A DNA stretch of 64,000 nucleotides from an uncultured Pseudomonadota bacterium (GTDB taxonomy: Bacteria; Pseudomonadota; Alphaproteobacteria; JACZXZ01), in the NCBI GenBank assembly GCA_963749075.1, contig CAVVLJ010000017.1:1142062-1206061 (forward strand), written 5' to 3'. The notes under the pieces were generated by a model. That model did not search any database. It worked only from the letters and a program-made list of their open reading frames with translations, and was not told the origin of the DNA. Made by a program: the position numbers and the translations under genes. Positions within the stretch are counted from its first letter, which is position 1; each line of letters begins with the position of its first letter. Shown here in pieces: positions 59,644 through 64,000 of the stretch.

Positions 59644-61428
59644 TTGGATGAGCCAATGTTGGTGCCCGACAGGCTAAAGGCCAATGCATATCGAGTATTG
59701 CGCCTTTCAGCTTCTGCATCCGTATCCGAGATTCACAAGGCTGCAGCCAGCATGAGACGCGCAGCCTTGCTTGGCCTGATAAATGCCATAGAAGCGGACA
59801 TGCCGGTGCTGGGCGAACTCCCTCGTGCTGAAGCCGACATCAGAACAGCAATTGGCCGCCTCGAAAATCCTGCGCAGCGGCTCGGTGATAGGCTCTTCTG
59901 GTTTCACCGGCTTCCTCAGCAGCGAGACACGAATGATCCAGCACCTCCGAGCGAACTCGATCAGGTTGCCTTAAACCATGACGAAGCCCTACATGGCCTA
60001 CTCGCTGCCGTAGCGCGCAATTTGGACGATGCAGGGGTCGCCTTCTGGGTCCAAGTGCTCCGGACTTGGCATCAGGTAATTTCCAATGATGACTACTGGG
60101 CGCTCACCTTGGGCATCGAAGAACGAGGAGCTTTCGAGCCTCCGGTAGTTTTCTCGGAAATCGACGCGCTGCGTGCCGATGCAGTTGCGTTTGCCGCGGA
60201 GCCCATTCTTGTAGCTGCTCGTGATGCCATTGCTCAGGACGACACGCCAACTGTCCGTCGGATCCTGAATGCAATCAATGAATTGCTCGACACCGGCTCA
60301 TGGGCGGCAAAGGCTCAATTGGACATCATCTCGCCAGCTACAGAGCGCGTCCGTGCATTGTGCCATGCCATCCGTGAAGAGCTTGGCTCCAAGATTGCGC
60401 GGGAGGACGCCGCCGCCAAGTCCAACAAGGTCATATGCGACGCGGAGATCAAGCGATTTCGAGACGAAATCGCGCCGGCGCTTGGTAGGGTGCGTCAGCT
60501 CGCGCCTCCGGGTCACGAGGCGTTCAATCGGTCGCGAGAGGAAGCCGCCCTCTGCCTCAACGGAATATCGACAGACTTTACCTGGGCAAATGATTTTATT
60601 GCTTCTGAAGAGTTGCGTGAAGAGGCGCTCAAACTGGCCGAGGGGACACTCGGCACGATGCGGATTAAAGATGGACTTGCGCAAGTTCGCGATGCCGCGC
60701 GGAAGCAGCGCATATTCGGCCCACTCAAGCCAATATTATCCGCTCCATCGCTAAGCACTATTAACGGTTTTGGCTTTACCGTTTACGGCAAGTCAGATTT
60801 CGATGCGGAAACGAACTCGTACGTCACGACACACTACTTCGTCGCACTTTTCATCCCCGTCTTTCCGATTGCTCGCTATCGAGTGATCTGTACAGGACCT
60901 CGAGCGTATCGCTTTCTCGGGAAGCTACCGCTCCGACGAAAAGATCGCTGGCACCTAGGCGTTGCTCTCTTGGCAGTAGCAGCTGCAATCTTGCTGGGGT
61001 CTCTCAATGCCAATCAGAACTCTGGCGCTTATCGTGGTCCATCCACGAGCTTGCCGAGCTCAGGTACGAGCGCCCCCTCAACCAGCTCTCGCAGAGAACA
61101 ATTGTCTGCCATCAAAGCCCGCATTGACGCCGGCCGTGCACGCCTTGATGCGCTTGATACGCAACTGCAGCCGATAATTGATGAACTTAACCAACTACAG
61201 GCGCGCATAGAAGCCATAGCGGTTGAGCTCAAAGATCTTGACGCGCAACAGCAGGCTGGGCGCCGAATTAACGTCAACTCCTACAATTCCAAGGTAGATA
61301 CCCACAACGGGTTGCTCAGCAGATATCGCGCACTGAGGGCTGCCCACGGTAGCGACATCCAACTTCGTGATGATCTGACAAGGCAGGACGCGGCTCTGGT
61401 CGAACAATACAACGGGTTGTTGAAATAG
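59644..61428 (+). CDS. Membrane protein with N-terminal J-like domain (no HPD), helical repeats, TM and C-terminal coiled coil
   Basis: NAYRVLRLSASASVSEIHKA resembles J-domain helices I-II; FVALFIPVFP; TM LGVALLAVAAAILL; heptad tail. Confidence 0.65.
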   Translation: MDEPMLVPDRLKANAYRVLRLSASASVSEIHKAAASMRRAALLGLINAIEADMPVLGELPRAEADIRTAIGRLENPAQRLGDRLFWFHRLPQQRDTNDPAPPSELDQVALNHDEALHGLLAAVARNLDDAGVAFWVQVLRTWHQVISNDDYWALTLGIEERGAFEPPVVFSEIDALRADAVAFAAEPILVAARDAIAQDDTPTVRRILNAINELLDTGSWAAKAQLDIISPATERVRALCHAIREELGSKIAREDAAAKSNKVICDAEIKRFRDEIAPALGRVRQLAPPGHEAFNRSREEAALCLNGISTDFTWANDFIASEELREEALKLAEGTLGTMRIKDGLAQVRDAARKQRIFGPLKPILSAPSLSTINGFGFTVYGKSDFDAETNSYVTTHYFVALFIPVFPIARYRVICTGPRAYRFLGKLPLRRKDRWHLGVALLAVAAAILLGSLNANQNSGAYRGPSTSLPSSGTSAPSTSSRREQLSAIKARIDAGRARLDALDTQLQPIIDELNQLQARIEAIAVELKDLDAQQQAGRRINVNSYNSKVDTHNGLLSRYRALRAAHGSDIQLRDDLTRQDAALVEQYNGLLK

Positions 61429-61435
61429 GTATTCG

Positions 61436-61831
61436 ATGGATCCGAAGACAATTCCCGGAGAATTACCGATAGCCATCGAAGGAGTATGCACTTTCGCGCT
61501 CGAGTGCTGGCGCCTTCGTCGAATTGCCGCTCTGTTGAAGGACCACAGCGAGGGCCCGGGGCTTCGCCATGCCGTTCGGCGAATTAACGAAACCCTAGAT
61601 GCGGTGGGGATACAAATCGTCGATTTCGTCGGGCAAGCCTACGACCCCGGCATGGTTCCCGAGGTCGTGGAAGTTCGAGAAGGACCGGGACTACCTGACG
61701 GTCATGCTGTCGTCGACGAGACCATTGCGCCAACGGTGACTTTACGTGGCCAGGTGATAAAGAATGGACAAGATCATCGTGAAGCGCGCGCATGGAAGAC
61801 TTGCGAGGACTTCACCGAGGCAATCGAATGA
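61436..61831 (+). CDS. GrpE-like protein
   Basis: LDAVGIQIVDFVGQAYDPGM...VDETIAPTVTLRGQVIKNGQ resembles the GrpE head; ATGA overlap with Hsp70. Confidence 0.65.
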   Translation: MDPKTIPGELPIAIEGVCTFALECWRLRRIAALLKDHSEGPGLRHAVRRINETLDAVGIQIVDFVGQAYDPGMVPEVVEVREGPGLPDGHAVVDETIAPTVTLRGQVIKNGQDHREARAWKTCEDFTEAIE

Positions 61832-64000
61832 CAAACACGATCGACTTTGGAATTGATCTCGGAACGACGAATTCCTGCATTGCCCGCTGGGAGAATGGGG
61901 CGATAAAGGTCTTCCAGAACAATGACCAAATGAATGTGACGCCATCAGCGGTCCACATCCTCAAGACGGGACGGGTGATCGTCGGCCGACGTGGATATGC
62001 AGCACTCCTGACGGACCCCGAAAACGTGGCCGTTGAGTTCAAGCGCTGGATGGGGCAGAAGGACCAAAGACATTTCCGGCCGCCCAGCGCGAGATGTCGG
62101 CCGAAGAACTCTCTGCGGAAATTTTGAAATCTCTCAAGGAGGATGTACGGCGGCAGACCGGCACAGATGTCACCGCTACCGTGATAACTGTGCCAGCGGC
62201 GTTCGGGGCGCTGCAGTGTGAAGCGACAGCGCGCGCGGCTGCGCTGGCCGGACTTGCCGAAGCACCGTTGTTGCAGGAGCCAATAGCGGCAGCCATCGGC
62301 TATGGGGCGAAGCCCAAGTCCGCCAACCAGCGTTGGTTGATATTTGATTTAGGCGGCGGAACACTCGATATAGCGGTGGTTTCAACTAGAGAGGGCCGAC
62401 TAAACGTACTTGAGCACAGAGGGAACAATCTGCTAGGCGGTAAGGACATCGACCGCTCTATCGTCGAGCGCCTGCTGCTTCCGGCCCTCGACGCAACCTA
62501 TGATCTACAGGCTTCCGGCCCGACCTCGGCGCGCAGTGCTCTTCTTCCTCGGCTACGGCTCAAAGCGGAAGAGGCCAAGATCGATCTGTCAACAGACACG
62601 CAGATCGTCGTATCGCTGTTCGACCTTGGCAAAGACGACGCTGGGGTGCCAATGAAATGGAGGTTCCATTCACGCGCGCTCAGCTCGAGGTGCTCATGGA
62701 GCCGATGTTGGAGGAATGTTGCGATCTCGCCCGGGCGGCATTGGTCGGAGCGCGCCTGGTCGGAGGAGACTTGGATTGCATTCTACTGGTCGGTGGTCCG
62801 ACGCAATCCCCTATTTTGCGTACCATGTTGAGGCAGCGAATCGGAGCGCCCGTCGATTTCTCCTCGGATCCAATGACCGTCGTTGGGCGCGGCGCGGCGG
62901 TCTACGCGTCTACGCTCGAAAGAACCCAAAAGGTTACGGCCGTCTCGGCCAGCCGGTCTGTTCGACCGCATGCGCTTAGTGCTCGCCTATCAGCCGGTCA
63001 GCGCGGATCTCCAATGCACAGTGGCAGGGCGTTTCGTGGAGCCCATTGCCTGGTTATTGAAATCAAAATCGATGCGGAGGGCGGTCTCTGGACGAGCGGA
63101 TGGATCAAGCCGAGAGACGGTCTTTTCGAGACGCCAGTATCTATTAAAGCAGGTGACGTTACAACCTTCTGGGTTTATGCCCGCGACGGCACAAGGACAA
63201 TTGAGTCGAGACTGATACGCCCATTTTCAAAGTGAGACACGGGCTCGTTCCGTCGGCCCCGCCTCTCCCACACACACTGTCTGTTGAAGTCCGGAATCCC
63301 GGGGGTAATCCCACACTCGAAGCCCAGTGTTCTCCAAAGGAACCCCGCTACCAACGGAGAGGACCGTCAGATTATCGCGCGACACACGCACTGGCCCCTG
63401 ACAAGCCGGGTTCTGATATTGCGATCAAGCTGTGGGAGGGTGAATTTCTGGATGACCCAGACGCCATGAATGGGTGGGCAATCTTCGTGCTCCGGCCACG
63501 ACGGTGTTCGGCGTTCTGTGCCGGAAGGCGCGGAAATCGAGGTCACTCTAGATCAATCCATCGAGACTGATCTCCGCAGAGGCCTTTCGTGCCACACCTG
63601 AACCAGCACTTTAGCAAACAGTTGTATGTGCCTCAGCGCGAGGAACAAGACTTTTCGAACCTCTCCCATGAGGTGGCGTCGGAGGCCCAAAAAATATCGT
63701 CAGCGCCTCGAGGAAGCTCGAGCGATCATTGTCTTCGTACCGATGATGAAGCCACCCAAGACAGAACTGGAAGGCCTGCGCCAAGAAATCGACGCACTCG
63801 AAGCCAAGGCACCCGCTCCCGGGACAGCGCGTCTGTGGGAGCGGATCCCGACAATGCCAGACGCATTGTTAGAGTGGCTAAGACCATCCGAGGTCGGCTC
63901 GGGCGCTTTGAACGGGGTGTCGCCGGGCACCGCAGTTCTGTGGGCGACACGCAGTTCGTGCAGCTACTCGAAGCTGCAGAAACGGTTGTTGAGCAGTTTG
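61828..64000 (+). pseudogene. Hsp70-family protein (not the housekeeping DnaK), multiple frameshifts, runs off the window
   Basis: GIDLGTTNS, TPSAV, VITVPAAF, LQEPIAAA, FDLGGGTLD, LGGKDID, AEEAKIDLS, LVGGPT and KLWEGE across frames. Confidence 0.85.

Overview
High-GC alphaproteobacterial chromosome segment, probably Rhodospirillales-like (inferred from gene order and rRNA). The conserved backbone is secA/PPIase/argJ/mutT, comF-grxC-nitrilase, DUF1178, ubiG/lysC/ptsP/rodZ/ispG/hisS/hemA/prfA/prmC, clpB, an M23 peptidase and a full rrn operon (16S-tRNA-Ala-23S-5S-tRNA-fMet). Five accessory inserts interrupt it. (1) Cargo downstream of secA, next to a displaced copy of the secA 3' end. (2) A decayed IS region between comF and grxC, with an NYN nuclease behind a structured leader and a parS-like site. 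(3) A ~12 kb island bounded by a ~218-bp direct repeat of the copA 3' end, with no integrase that I can see. It encodes a frameshifted CheB-CheR-PAS-HK-REC-FixJ fusion, and at least 7 copies of a FixJ-box-like motif (TRAGTAGTTTCCG) lie upstream of its small envelope genes. (4) A DUF4160/DUF2442 pair. (5) After tRNA-fMet, a J-like/GrpE-like/Hsp70 triad. A 7-mer-repeat hairpin family occupies every internal rrn spacer, 23S helix 25 and the secA 3' flank. All calls are by eye; no searches were run.
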